A stretch of DNA of 62,862 nucleotides, the filler included, from Octopus bimaculoides (taxonomy: Eukaryota), in assembly GCF_001194135.2 (NCBI RefSeq). It is 5 parts of 5 records of this genome, joined end to end, with 100 filler letters (N's around TTAATTAATTAA, not from the genome) between each part and the next. Parts side by side here need not be neighbours in the genome. Positions count along the whole stretch, not along the records: positions 23,221 to 53,338 come from NC_068996.1; 4 more parts are not named here. One strand, 5' to 3'. Position numbers and translations under genes: made by a program. The notes beneath the pieces are model-generated. The model saw only the letters and a program-made list of their open reading frames with translations. It did not search any database and had not been told where the DNA came from. How positions within the stretch are numbered: position 1 is the stretch's first letter; each line of letters begins with the position of its first letter. Below, in pieces: positions 25,452-39,330 of the stretch.

Positions 25452-25610
25452 ACGAGCTTCTTTCAGTTTCCGATTACTAAATCCACTCGCAAGGCTTTGG
25501 TCGGCCCGAGGCTATAGTAGGAGACACTTGCACAAGGTGCCACGCAATGTGACTGAACCCGGAGCAATGGTTGGGAAGCAAGCTAATTACCACTCAGCCA
25601 CTCCTGCGTC
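25452..25610 (-). mobile_element. SINE family 1, 5' half
   Basis: gacgagcttctttcagtttcc…taccactcagccactcctgcg. Confidence 0.85.
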
Positions 25611-25634
25611 TATTATATATTAACTTTTATTTTT

Positions 25635-26075
25635 TATTTGTTTGTTTCAGTCATTATACTGAGACCATTCTGGGACACCGACTTTGAAGTGTTTTAGAAC
25701 GAATGACCATATTAGATTTTTTTTTTTTCTTTGAGGCCTGGCTATTCTATCGGTTCTTTTTGTCGAACCGTTAAGTTACTAGGGGTAAGCAAACCAAAGC
25801 CAGTTGTTAATCGGCTCTGGGGAACATACACAAGGAGAAACTCTCACACACATACACACACACACACACACACATATGTATCTGTTTGTGTGCATGTGTA
25901 TGTGTGTGTGTGTATTTACGAGGAACTTATTTTATTTTCCGTCAACGAAATCAGCTCACAAGTCTTTGATTGACCCAGATCTATAGTAGAAGACATTTGC
26001 TCAAGATGCCACGCAGTATATGGAACTCGGAACTATGTGGTTTGAAAGTCAACTACGTATCCCACAGCAATGTCC
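25635..26075 (-). mobile_element. Diverged complete SINE family 1 copy
   Basis: 3' half, CA/TG core and 5' half in the expected order. Confidence 0.75.
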
Positions 26076-26159
26076 GCACCTATCGTACCACATTTGACTA
26101 ATTCATTTGCTGAGCATATACCGAACTATATGCACATACACCGAACTACACACATACAC

Positions 26160-26244
<85 letters not shown>

Positions 26245-26289
26245 AACACACACTTATACATCTTTCCGTGTGTCTGACGCCGAATCGAT

Positions 26290-27450
26290 GGGATATGAGG
26301 GAAAATATGGCCGCTGGATATGGTAAGCCAGGCAACAGAACAGACTTTCTCGGCATTGACGACTGCGATATTAGACAGTAAAGCTTTTAAGTAGTATGGC
26401 TTCTTTCACTCATTTCGGTTCTCATGAATCATTTCGTTAAATGTGGATCAAGAATCAATAACTGTTGGGTATTTCTTGACGTGTTCGCGGAAGTACTGGT
26501 AAAAGGGTTAGGGATGCTGTTATGTGAACGATTCTATGTGTGCTACTTCAAGCAGCTGATTCCGAAAGATGTAGAGAACGGTTGAAGCCATTAATCTCAG
26601 GACAAGATTAGGTTTTCGTTTATCACCTCTAGTCGTTATGTATCGTACGCTTTACAACTCATTCATGACAATAGGAGTCTTCCCGGTTAAACGCAAGTAT
26701 TTTCCCCTATCGGGAAAGGCCATAACGTTAGTTCGTTCTGTTTTTCTTGGCAGAGATATCGGTGTGGTTAGACATTGCTTTCCCCAACTGGATGACTGTT
26801 AGCTCACAAGGAGCTCAGCTGACTGAATTATCACCTCTAAAAGGAATAAAAAGTAAGGATGACTTCCGTGGTTTTTTAACTCAGAGTAGAGGGCCGGAAA
26901 TAAAAGTACCTCACGAACGATCCTTTTAAATATTATATTGCAAATTATCGAATAAACATTGTATATTACTGGCATTTATTTCATCGTCAACGTAGACATC
27001 AATAATCATAACTTCACGTATTAGACCAGTTGCAAGTTGTCTCCAGTTACGGTTAGTTAGGTCATAATTTTGTGATCTGTATGATCAACTGTCAGAAAAT
27101 AGAAAGATAGGGATCCAGTTATTTAAAACGCGTTAGTGTCGGCATGAAATACTTACAGAGGACGAAATAACGAGTGTTGATGAGGGTAATCGTCAACAGG
27201 TAAGAGATGTCTGTAAAGAGAAATAATATCAGAGCAGAATCGATAAGCTGGACCAAACCTTGTGGCAATGTGAACAAGTAGATTGGAGCGGGGAACTGGT
27301 AGTAAAAGATGTTTACATGAAAACATTCACAACGGACGATCTACAACGAAAATGACTTCGAAAATGACGTGAAACAGTAAGGTTAGCTTGCTCGAGCTAG
27401 GGCGATTGCACTTAGACATGAGAGAATGAAAGTTGCTCAAAGTCCGTTTA
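26290..27450 (+). pseudogene. Heavily decayed Tx1/L1-like ORF2 (endonuclease-to-RT linker region)
   Basis: Translation pieces such as RARAIALRHERMKVAQ resemble the linker motif also seen at about 51620 (IRARALLR). Many stops. Confidence 0.4.
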
Positions 27451-27483
27451 ATGGCGAGATCGGGGAACAGCAAAATTTACTAG

Positions 27484-27598
27484 TTTTCTTGGGCAAGTGT
27501 CTTCCACTATAACCTTGGTCCGACCAAAACCTTGTGAGTGGAAACTGAAAGAAACCTATTGTGAGTGTCTGCGCGAGTGTGTGTGTACGTGTGTATAC

Positions 27599-27663
<65 letters not shown>

Positions 27664-27890
27664 TTTGTGGCTGTGTTTGTCTGCTACCACCGTTTGACAA
27701 CCGGTGCCGGTGTGTCTACGTCCCCGTAACTTAGCGGCGGTTCGGCAAAAAAGCCTAACACTTATAGAATAAGTGTTAGGCTTTCAAAAAAAGACGGAAG
27801 TCCAGGGGTTGATTTATTCGACTTAAACCCTTCAAGGCAGTGCCTCAGCATGGCCGCACTAAAATGACTGAAACAAAAGATAGATGATAA
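27484..27890 (+). mobile_element. Head-truncated SINE family 1 copy with (TG)n core
   Basis: ttgggcaagtgtcttccactata…gaaactgaaagaa, TG core, 3' half and tail. Confidence 0.85.
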
Positions 27891-28070
27891 AAGATAAGCG
27901 ATCAATATTTTAGACAAGATGCTCACAAAAAGATTTTTTTTGTTGGCAGCGAGGGTGGCGCTGTACGATTCCTAACAATACTTTCAGAATAATTTCTAAC
28001 TCATACGATACATTATAAAGAGTGCTGGTAACATATATGTGGATTCAGGTAACCTCTGATCAATTTAAAT

Positions 28071-29430
28071 CAATGGTTCTCAACTGGGGTCCACATGGCC
28101 CCTGAAGGTCCATATAAGATTTGTGGGGATCCACATAACAAAATATCAAATTGGAGATCGACAATAATATTGTTACGAACGCCCGCGCGGGAAGCACCTC
28201 AACGAAGAGAAAAATCGCGCGCGAACGTCGATGCTTAGTGAGTCAGGATGTTCGCCACGACTAAGCCCAGCTGGAGCACGTAACGAGGACAACAGGCAAG
28301 GAAGAAATAACACGGACCATACGTTGCGTAGTGGAACTAACTTTTTTTTTTTTTTACATCATCAATACAAAACAGCATAACAATAATTCATAACATAGTA
28401 CTTCTGAAAAACAACAAAGTTCTCTCTTTTCTTTTCAACCATTTAACAAGAGTTAGCAAAGTTCTTTCTTTTCTTTTCTTTTCAACCAGTTAACATCACA
28501 GTTAACAAAAGTTAATAAAGTTCTTTTAACATCATGTAACAACAAAGCGCATTTTTCTTTAAAGAAATTTAAACATTTACCGTAACAAATTCAAAACTCC
28601 CACTACAATCCACAAGAAGTGACCAACGTGGTCTACTACAATCTTTTTGCCTGCCACAACAGTTCCATCTTTCTGGCCCTCTCTCTCTTAGACTCTATCC
28701 ATTTCTGCTGACTGGTACCTTCTGACCATAGCCTCTCTCTTTTAGCCTCTTTCTGTCAGACTCTTTGTTCATCTTGCTTCTCTTCACTGGCTGCTGGCCG
28801 TCACACCGAACTCGCGTTCTTCCTCCACTGATTTTGTTTTCGCCAACTGCCCATCTGGCTGCTGTGTTTACATCAAACCGCGCTTACCAACTGCTCTGTC
28901 CCAAATATATCTCCCGTATTTATGACAAATACTGTAGCTCACAGTGCTACATTCCCCCTCCAAAGCTGGGTCAGTTTAGTACAGTTCCTAACTTGTTTTT
29001 CTAAACTTTCGATGACCGGAAAGGGTCATCGATCACACTCCTACGCTAAAAATAGCTGTGCCTGTTGACAGGACAAAAGAAATACCATTGTCCTCAACAA
29101 TCAGAATACGGTTTCAAACCCAGCTCGGGGAATAGGGACATAACGCTATTTTGTTTGTTTATCGGCGTCCGTATCAATATGTTGTTGGCCCCTGAAAAAA
29201 AAAACTTTGTATTAGGTGTATGGGTATGTATTGCAAGAAACAGCTTGGTTTCTTTTTCTGCTATTTTATATATTTGAACCTACACAAGTTAATGTGTGAA
29301 AAACAAAAAAGAAATTTTGAAAGAAGTTTCTGTAAAGTTAGTCTTTAAACACAGAATGGCAACGGGGTCAACCAGAATAAAATAGTAATCAAAGGAGTCT
29401 ATAGATAAAAAAATGTTTGATAACCCCCTG
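28071..29430. mobile_element. hAT MITE interrupted by an LTR remnant
   Basis: Left TIR caatggttctcaactgggg at 28071; right TIR tttgataaccccctg at 29430; flanks atttaaat / ctttagat. Confidence 0.7.
28171..28961 (-). mobile_element. LTR retrotransposon 3' LTR (781 bp) with polypurine tract
   Basis: Minus strand: PPT ggagggggaa, then tgtagc…cgtaaca (TG…CA termini). No gag/pol or second LTR seen. Confidence 0.7.
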
Positions 29431-29886
29431 CTTTAGATGTATGTATTGGCATTTATTGTAAGAAACAGCTTGGTTTCTTTCTCTATCATTTTACATAGTT
29501 CGACCTATACAATTTAATGTGTGAAAAACAAAGGAGAAATTTTGGTAGAATTCTCTATAAAATTAGTTTTTAAACATTGAATGGCTATGGTGGGGTCTGT
29601 CAGAATAAAAGAGTAACCAAAGGGGTCCATTAATAAAAAGAAAATGGTTGAAAACCCGTGCTTTATATGTATGTATTGGCATTTATTGCAAGAAACAGCT
29701 AGGTTTCTTTCTCTAACATTTTACATATTTCAAACTACACAAGAGAATGTGTGAAAAACAAAATAGGAATTTTGAAAGAAGTTTCTATAAAACTAGTTTT
29801 TAAACACAGAATGGCTATGGGGGTTCACCAGAATACAACAATAAACAGAGGGATAAATGGGTAAAAAATGGTTGAAAGCCCCCTAG
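29200..29886. repeat. Tandem array (3 x about 230 bp) of the hAT-MITE 3' half
   Basis: Units end at 29430, 29660 and about 29885; each has gcaagaaacagct(t/a)ggtttct… and ends in a ggttga.aaccc TIR. Confidence 0.85.
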
Positions 29887-30399
29887 TTTAGATATATAAA
29901 GTGATCTGAACAATCGAATGTCACCGACAAGCGGCAGTACTGTCAACAACTGGGTTTATACCATTTTTTGAGACAAGCCTTCAGCCATTTGTCAATATCT
30001 TTGCTTACTCTTCCCAACGCACCAATTATTATAGGCACGACCTTTACTGTTCACATTCTCCAAATTCTACTTATTTCAAATTTTAGAGGATTGCATGCTT
30101 TTTTTTTTTGCTTTTTTGCTTTTTTTCGTCCTCTTTCTTGGAATCAAACGAACATGATGGGTCGATTAGTAAGTAGTTTCGCTTTTCCTAATTGTTATGT
30201 CCGCTTTTCTTTATCTGTAATTGTCATTTTTCCTTATCATCATCATCATCGTCATCATCATCATCATCATAATCATCATCATCATCATCATCATCAACAT
30301 CATCATTGTCGTTGATGTCGTCGTTGCTGTTTTGACAAAGGATTGGTCTTTATTCCTGATAGAATTTACGTGGGAAGCGGATTACTACTCTTAAATTAG

Positions 30400-31900
30400 A
30401 CATTCACATGATTTCAATAGGACATCAAGTGCTCAAACCCCTTCTGATGATCTCTGTTTCTGAGAAGCAAACCTTCTGTAGAAGCTCTACAGGACATTCC
30501 ATTCCAATCTCCTTCATCCATTTACCTATACCATCACTCACAGCACCTAATGAACCAATATTCGCAGGTACAATTTTTGCAGATTTCATATTCCAAATCC
30601 TCGAAATCTCAAAATTTTAAGGGATTGTATTGTTTCAACTTTTCATCCGCTTTCTTTTCAACCTTAATATCAAATGGACACGATGGATCATCAATATGCA
30701 AAATTCGATTTTTCTTGTTTATTACCGTGGTATCTAGCTTTTTATATTCCATCCACTTATCCGTTTGAACGAGAAAATACCACACATTTTGATTCCGGCT
30801 CAAGTATTCCTTGTACCAGATGACTGTATAATGTACTTCCTGCTTCAAACTCCCATGTTTTGACAAAGCTGCTAATATAAAACATTTACAACTTGATCAC
30901 AACTTTTTAATATTCTATCTGGGCCAACTTGGGGCGTTTTGCAACAATGTGCGCCATTGTTTCATTCTAAATTCCACATACACTACATTTTACCCATACA
31001 TTCTTCCTATACGCATATTTTTCAAGTCAATTGCCCATTATTCTACTAAGTCCAGATTTTCTGCCACTTTAAACATGTTCATTGTTTTACACGTGCAACT
31101 GTGCAGTATAATGTCGAACCATGCTATATTCAGTACCGTCAATCTGCATCTGCAGTTTCTAATTATCATTTCATTAACTAACAATTAGTCTTTAGTTGCC
31201 CTACTTGGCCGCCTGAACTCATTCTGTTCCAAGGGACATAAATAGTTACTTTCCCGATGATGATATAACTTTTCCGCCCAAACATCAATCATAAGATTCC
31301 ACGTAACTGGTAAACAGGCTATGGGTCGACAATTTGACATGGAATTTTAAAGATACTGTTATGTCTCAAGCTACTGCTATCTAGCACCTTCGGATGATCT
31401 CTACTCAACCGCTACACAACTGCTACTCGACTGCTACTCAACACTACCACAGCCAGACTACCTCTATTTATATGTCTTGGGAGATCCTACTTCTTCGCCT
31501 GGGGGTGTCGACACAACAGATACAAGGTTCGTCCGTTTGTCATCCAGGTAGAAACGTTTCCCTGCTGCAGATATTCATCAAGGTATGCAGCAATACTTTC
31601 ACGCAATTGTAAAATTGTTCAAACAGTAACTTTGCATTCCATCCAGTCCTTATCCTTTCCAATTTGGTATTCTTTCAATTCAGTTTTACTGAGTACAAAT
31701 CAACTTTGACGTCCGTCTCTTTCGGTATTCCAGCAAGTTGTTTCTCCACTTGTGTTAGCCACTCTGCACTTTCATCATGTCGCATTGATCTGTTACAACA
31801 GACTCCCCACAAAACGCTCTACTTTCTTCCACATCAAGAATCACTTGAGGATGTTGATGCACCTCTGAAAAATCGCTTGTTTTCAAGACTCATTCCCTGA
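30400..31900 (-). mobile_element. Decayed R4/Dong-clade LINE (RT plus restriction-like endonuclease)
   Basis: HDESAEWLTQVEKQL, WMTNGRTL, NCRPIACLPVTW, EQNEFRRPSRATKD*LL, and the C-terminal VQTDK…SCPFDIKVEKKADEKLKQYNPLK…IGSLGAV. Confidence 0.85.
31357..31518 (-). mobile_element. 162-bp solo-LTR-like insertion with 5-bp TSD
   Basis: gatac|tgttatgtc…gacacaaca|gatac; TG…CA ends with 9-bp imperfect inverted termini; removing it rejoins the LINE RT frame. Confidence 0.8.
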
Positions 31901-32215
31901 ACGTCCGACACCAACACGGAATTTCTGAGTACCCGTATTATTGCTAGATAATCGTTGAACTTGTACTGAGTTCATCAACTGGGTTTCTAGTAATCCTCCT
32001 TGCTAGGCTAGCCTGTTGATGGTGCCGGTTTATTTGCCGGCGACCCGACCATACAACAGGTTTTACCGCATTCCATATTACCTATAGCACTCACGAGAAA
32101 CCTCGCAAATAACCTGTTATAAATACATGCATACATCCATACATGCATACATATATACATACATACATACGTACGTACGTACGTACATACATACATACAT
32201 ACATACATACATACA

Positions 32216-32249
<34 letters not shown>

Positions 32250-32312
32250 AGAAAGGGAGATGCGAACCAAACCGTACGTTATGCTACAGAAGGACAGGTT
32301 CCACGAAAATTA

Positions 32313-33790
<1,478 letters not shown>

Positions 33791-33801
33791 TTATTATTAT
33801 T

Positions 33802-33834
<33 letters not shown>

Positions 33835-34325
33835 ACTATTATTGAGTGAGAGAGATCAGTACATGCCATCAAAGTGACATTGGAGTAAAATACACGTAAA
33901 CCCGTATACCCATCATGATTACCCGTCTGATAAGGGTATACCGGGCACATATATCACAACCATACGTGCACGACATGGTAGCCTCATATCATGATAACAA
34001 GGGAATGACCTTGCAGGTGGGGGACCCAGTTAGATTTTTCTGCAGGTCGAGTAGCTCAAAAGGTCCCTGAATAAGGGCTGTTTAATGATGTTGAACAAAA
34101 CACCAATGTTTCCAAACTCCAAAGAATTCCTCTCGACACATAGCTATGATGCTCTCCCACTATTCATGCTCGTTATCAGAGATGCACATATTGTCAGTCC
34201 CTAAGGGACATGCATGGCTGATTAATGTCAAGCAACTGACAAGCAAATCTACAATTTTAAACAGAATATTTACTGTAGCTTATATCATCATCATCATCAT
34301 CAGCAGCAGCAGCAGCAGTAGCAGC

Positions 34326-34356
<31 letters not shown>

Positions 34357-34410
34357 TCATCATCATCATGTCTAGAATATTCATAAAGTTATAAGCCACG
34401 TTCTGATATA

Positions 34411-35678
34411 CGATAGTTGGCTAAAATTCTCATAGGCTTACCAAGATACTCTCATGGGTATATAGTCCCCCTTGCGATCCACACACTTCTTACACCAGAG
34501 TTGCTACTGGATGCTTGGATCCCATTGGTGAAAAATGCTTTCATCTTGTGGGTCAAAAAAAGTCATCAACAGCAGATATGACGTCATCATCACTGCGATA
34601 CTGGTTACCAGACCTGGGTTTTTTCATGTTGGGGAACAAATGATAGTTAGATGGGACCAAATCAGGAGAATAGGGAAGATGATCAACAAGCTGAAAGCCA
34701 CAGTCACGCACATCGACCATTGAAAGAAAGGAATTGTGTGCTGGTGCATTGTCCTGATAAAACAAGACCTTTTCCATCAGTTTTCCTGGGTGTTTGGCTT
34801 TGATAACCTGTCGTAGCTACCTCGGTTAACATAGTACTCTTCATTGATGGTGTGACCCTTTTCAAGATAGTCAATAAACACAATGCCCTTTGCATCCCCC
34901 AAAATGAAGCTATCACTTTTCTTGCAGATGAAAAAACCTTGACCTTCTTTGGAGCAGGTGAGGAGTGGTTTCCGCTGTATGGATTATCTGTTTGTCTCTG
35001 GCTCATAGTGATGAACCCAACATTCATCTTGGATTAAGAAACATTCAAGGAAACTAGCTGGATCTGTCTCAAGAAATGTCAGATTTTCCCGTGATATGAT
35101 CAGTTTGATGCGCTTTTAATTAGGTGTCAGATGTGGCTCCCACCGAGGAGAAACCTTCGTCATGCCAAGTTCATTGTGCAGAATATTCTCAACTCTCTCA
35201 CAGGATATACTAACAGCATTGGCTATTTGATTTATAGTCAATTACCTGCCATCCATCACTATGTTGGGAATAGGCTTAATATTTTCTTTGGTGTTGGCAG
35301 TTTCAGGACATACAGTCCTTGGGTGATCTTCAAGACTCTTCCTTCCCCGACTAAATTCAGCTGCCAACTTTTGCACTCTTGATAGAGCTGGTGAATCTTC
35401 CTTTAATGTAGCAAACGTATCAGCATAAATGTCGTTGAGAGATAAACCATTTCTCTGCAGGGACTTGATATCACTAGAAAGCCAAATTTTGTCGATTTTC
35501 AAGAGAAATCACTACTAGTTACTTTTGAAGTCTTCTTTGAACAGCTGTGGATGTCAGTTTACCCGGAAAGAAACAATGCAGTTATTAATAAGGCGGGTTA
35601 AAATTAACGAATGCAAAATTTCACAGCTCCAGCACCATTTCTTCATAATCAGCTTATGAGCCTTTCAGTCCACTCTCG
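34411..35678 (-). mobile_element. Near full-length decayed mariner, second family
   Basis: TA-flanked diverged TIRs (cgatagttggctaaaattctcataggct / cagcttatgagcctttcagtccactctcg); LFYQDNAPAH, HLPYSPDLVPSNYHLF, EFSRGRKSLEDHPR. Confidence 0.9.
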
Positions 35679-35934
35679 TAAACCATCAACAGATTAAATG
35701 TATGTTAGTAATTTTTTTCTTTTTTTTTTTTCACATAAAATGTAGGAAAATAAGAGTTAAAAGAAGATTGTAACAGATAATCTCGTATGCATACTTTTGA
35801 AATATGAGGGTAATCGTTTGTATGTATGTATTTCATTCTTCAGTTTTATTTCAAGATTTCTTGCCAATGGAAAAAGAGCCGGTTTCTAACCTAGATCCAA
35901 GTTCCTTCATTGGAACTTCAACATCAACAACAGG

Positions 35935-35951
35935 GTATTTTTGTATGTGTG

Positions 35952-35983
<32 letters not shown>

Positions 35984-37562
35984 GTATGTATGTGTGTATG
36001 TATGTATGTGCGGATTTGTGTGTTTTATGTATGTATGCTCATGTATATAGTTACATATCTAGATATGCTCATATATAATTGAATGATAAACTTCTGGAAA
36101 GTTTTACAGATTTTTACAGTTCCAGTGATAGATTGGATCTGTAGTCTTCGAATTAACTTTTTCCCTTTCTTGTTTTGAGAAGCCTAATTTCTCTAGATTG
36201 GTATTTAGGCAGTGTGTTACATATCCCAAGGCTCCAATAATTACAGGTATAAAGCTGAACTTGTAATTTGGATAGAGTAACTGCAGATTTCTCAATAGTT
36301 CAGCATAGGTGTTCTCTTTTTCACTGACCTTCAGCTTTATGTTAACATCTGCTGGGCAGCTAATTTCCACAACTGTACACAGTTTCTCTTCTCTATCACA
36401 AATCCTTATATCAGGTCTGTTGTGCTTACATTTTATTGAGGTCTTCATTGGTGCATTCCACCAGTATTCCTTTTCATTATGAGTGGCTATGGCTTCTCTT
36501 CCATATTATGGGTTTTTATTTCTTTATCCTCAGGATTATCCTTCCGACGGACTTCATTATAGAGTGTCTTATCTACAACGTCATGTCTCATCGGTAGATA
36601 ACACTGTCGTGATATTTTAGGACAACTGCTTATGATGTGGGTGATATCTTCAGTGTGAACTCCACAAAGGCTGCATCGGTTGTCACATTTTACTGCTTCT
36701 CCTGCAACTCTACCCCTTTTGTGCATCGGGTACTTGGTTGATACTTCTAGTTCTTGGATTGCAAACGCATACCCTTCAAAGTGAGAGGTAGCAAATCTGC
36801 TATTTGTCCATGATAAACTGTTTTCATGACCGATGTTATTATCATCACGGAGCTTTCTACTAACATATCCAGGCATAGACTTCTGCTCATATAGGCTCAT
36901 CCATTCATCTGATAATATATTGCGGTAGAGTCATGTGACTTCTTTGGGCATGTATCCTAGGTTATCAGGCATGGTGAAGGGATGTACTTCGACACTTTGT
37001 GTTAAAAGATATTGCCGAAGGGATATGATGCAACATTCAAAGGCATTTTGGATTGATGTTAAACCTCTTTCGCCTTGTTTTCATTTTAGGTAGTGGTGGT
37101 CTACATCACTGTTTATGTGGAAATTATGTGTGCTTGCTAGAATTTTTGGGTTTTCTCATCAATGGCTCGGATCTCATCAAGCGTCCAATCAAGCAGCCAA
37201 AATGTTGGTATGAGTATTGGCACTGCAAATACATTGTGGGTCACTGTTTTATTGAATGCAGAGAGTTCTGAGGTCCAAATTTTCTTTTTTAGGCTGTAAT
37301 ATTCTTTAGTGACATGTACAGGTGCCACATTAAGCTATATTTTCATCCACCCCTAGATACCTGGAACATTCCTCGTCAAATACAGGAGAGACAATCAAAT
37401 AATTTGATGGTGATGTTACTACTCTAGTTTATAGTTTTCACCTTTTTCGGAACCATATAGCAACATATATCCTGACCAAACACCAACCAAACATCCTTTG
37501 GGAATATTGTAACTAGGTCAAGGCTCTTTTTTAGCTCGTGCATATTCTTTGCATAAAGTTTC
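35935..37562 (-). mobile_element. R4/Dong-clade LINE, 3' portion with (CATA)n-type tail
   Basis: KLYAK…, RYLGVDENI, KIWTSELSAFNK, CCHC CSLCGVHTEDITHIISSC…RHD, and RLE domain KHNRPDI…VEISCP…EKENTY…IPVIIGALG; runs into a gap. Confidence 0.9.
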
Positions 37563-38764
37563 NNNNNNNNNNNNNNNNNNNNNNNNNNNNNNNNNNNNNN
37601 NNNNNNNNNNNNNNNNNNNNNNNNNNNNNNNNNNNNNNNNNNNNNNNNNNNNNNNNNNNNNNNNNNNNNNNNNNNNNNNNNNNNNNNNNNNNNNNNNNNN
37701 NNNNNNNNNNNNNNNNNNNNNNNNNNNNNNNNNNNNNNNNNNNNNNNNNNNNNNNNNNNNNNNNNNNNNNNNNNNNNNNNNNNNNNNNNNNNNNNNNNNN
37801 NNNNNNNNNNNNNNNNNNNNNNNNNNNNNNNNNNNNNNNNNNNNNNNNNNNNNNNNNNNNNNNNNNNNNNNNNNNNNNNNNNNNNNNNNNNNNNNNNNNN
37901 NNNNNNNNNNNNNNNNNNNNNNNNNNNNNNNNNNNNNNNNNNNNNNNNNNNNNNNNNNNNNNNNNNNNNNNNNNNNNNNNNNNNNNNNNNNNNNNNNNNN
38001 NNNNNNNNNNNNNNNNNNNNNNNNNNNNNNNNNNNNNNNNNNNNNNNNNNNNNNNNNNNNNNNNNNNNNNNNNNNNNNNNNNNNNNNNNNNNNNNNNNNN
38101 NNNNNNNNNNNNNNNNNNNNNNNNNNNNNNNNNNNNNNNNNNNATGTATGTATGAACGTATGTATGTATACATATATATGTGTATATATGTATGAATGTA
38201 TGTATATATGTATGTATATATGTATGTATATATGTATGTATGTTTGTATGTATGTATGTATGTATGTATGTGTGTATGTATGCATGTATATATGTATGTA
38301 TGTATGTATGTATGGAAGTATGTATGTATGTGTGTATGTATGTATATATCTATTATGTATGTATGTATGTATGCATGTCTGTATTTATGCATGTATGTAT
38401 GTATGTATGTATGTATGTATGTATGTATGCATGTACGTACGTATACATACGTTTGAACTTCTCTCTCCTTTAAAGACCCAAGTTGTTTTCTTGCACATTT
38501 TTCTTATCCGGTTTATCTTAAAGCTTCCTTTAATATCTTTTCTGGTTAAATCATTCAGAAATTTAAGGATGAACAAATTAGTATTATATATGACATGCAT
38601 TGTTAACTACTCTATTTGAAACATTCTACAGGTTAACTATTTGTGAGACGATAACTCAAGGTAGCTCGTACTTTATAAAATAGCAAATATGTAGGTTTAT
38701 TGGGGAATATCATTCAGAGTGGGATGTTTCGGAAATTACAATTATCGGTAGAGATAAAATAGTT

Positions 38765-39145
38765 TATTCTGTTTTTTTTACTTGTCTCAGTCATTTGACT
38801 GCGGCCATGCTGGAGCACCACCTTTTAGTCGAGCAAATCGACCCCAGGACTTATTCTTTGTAAACCTAGTACTTTTTTTTATATCGGATCTCTTTTTCCT
38901 GAACCGCTAAGTTTCGGGGACGTAAACACACTAGCATATCAAGTGATGTTGGGGGAGGAAACAAACACACACNNNNNNNNNNCACATATGTATATATACG
39001 ACGGTCCTCTTTCAGTTTCCGTCTACCAAATCCACTCACAAGGCTTTGGTCGTCCCGAGGCTATAGTAGAATACATTTGCCCAAGGTGCCATGCAGTGGG
39101 ACTGAACCCGGAACCATGTGGTTGGTAAGCAAGCTACTTACCACA
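38765..39145 (-). mobile_element. Complete SINE family 1 copy with short core
   Basis: 3' half, acacacac-N10-tatata core and 5' half. Confidence 0.88.
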
Positions 39146-39330
39146 TATATTTCTCTTAAATCTCTTAAATCGACATTATGTGGTAAGTTGGTTTATATGA
39201 AAAGTTATCCGTGAATACAATGTTTTCTTTTGCATTAACCTTCTTATTGGTGTATATTTTTGCGGAACGAATGTTTGTGGGGGTGGGGAGAAAATGATAG
39301 GATATATGTTGAGAAGTGTTGGCAATTATA

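Noticed and set aside
29968-30315. ORF ending in poly-His
   Set aside because: The His tract is a (CAT)n microsatellite; the rest is antisense or decayed LINE-like sequence.
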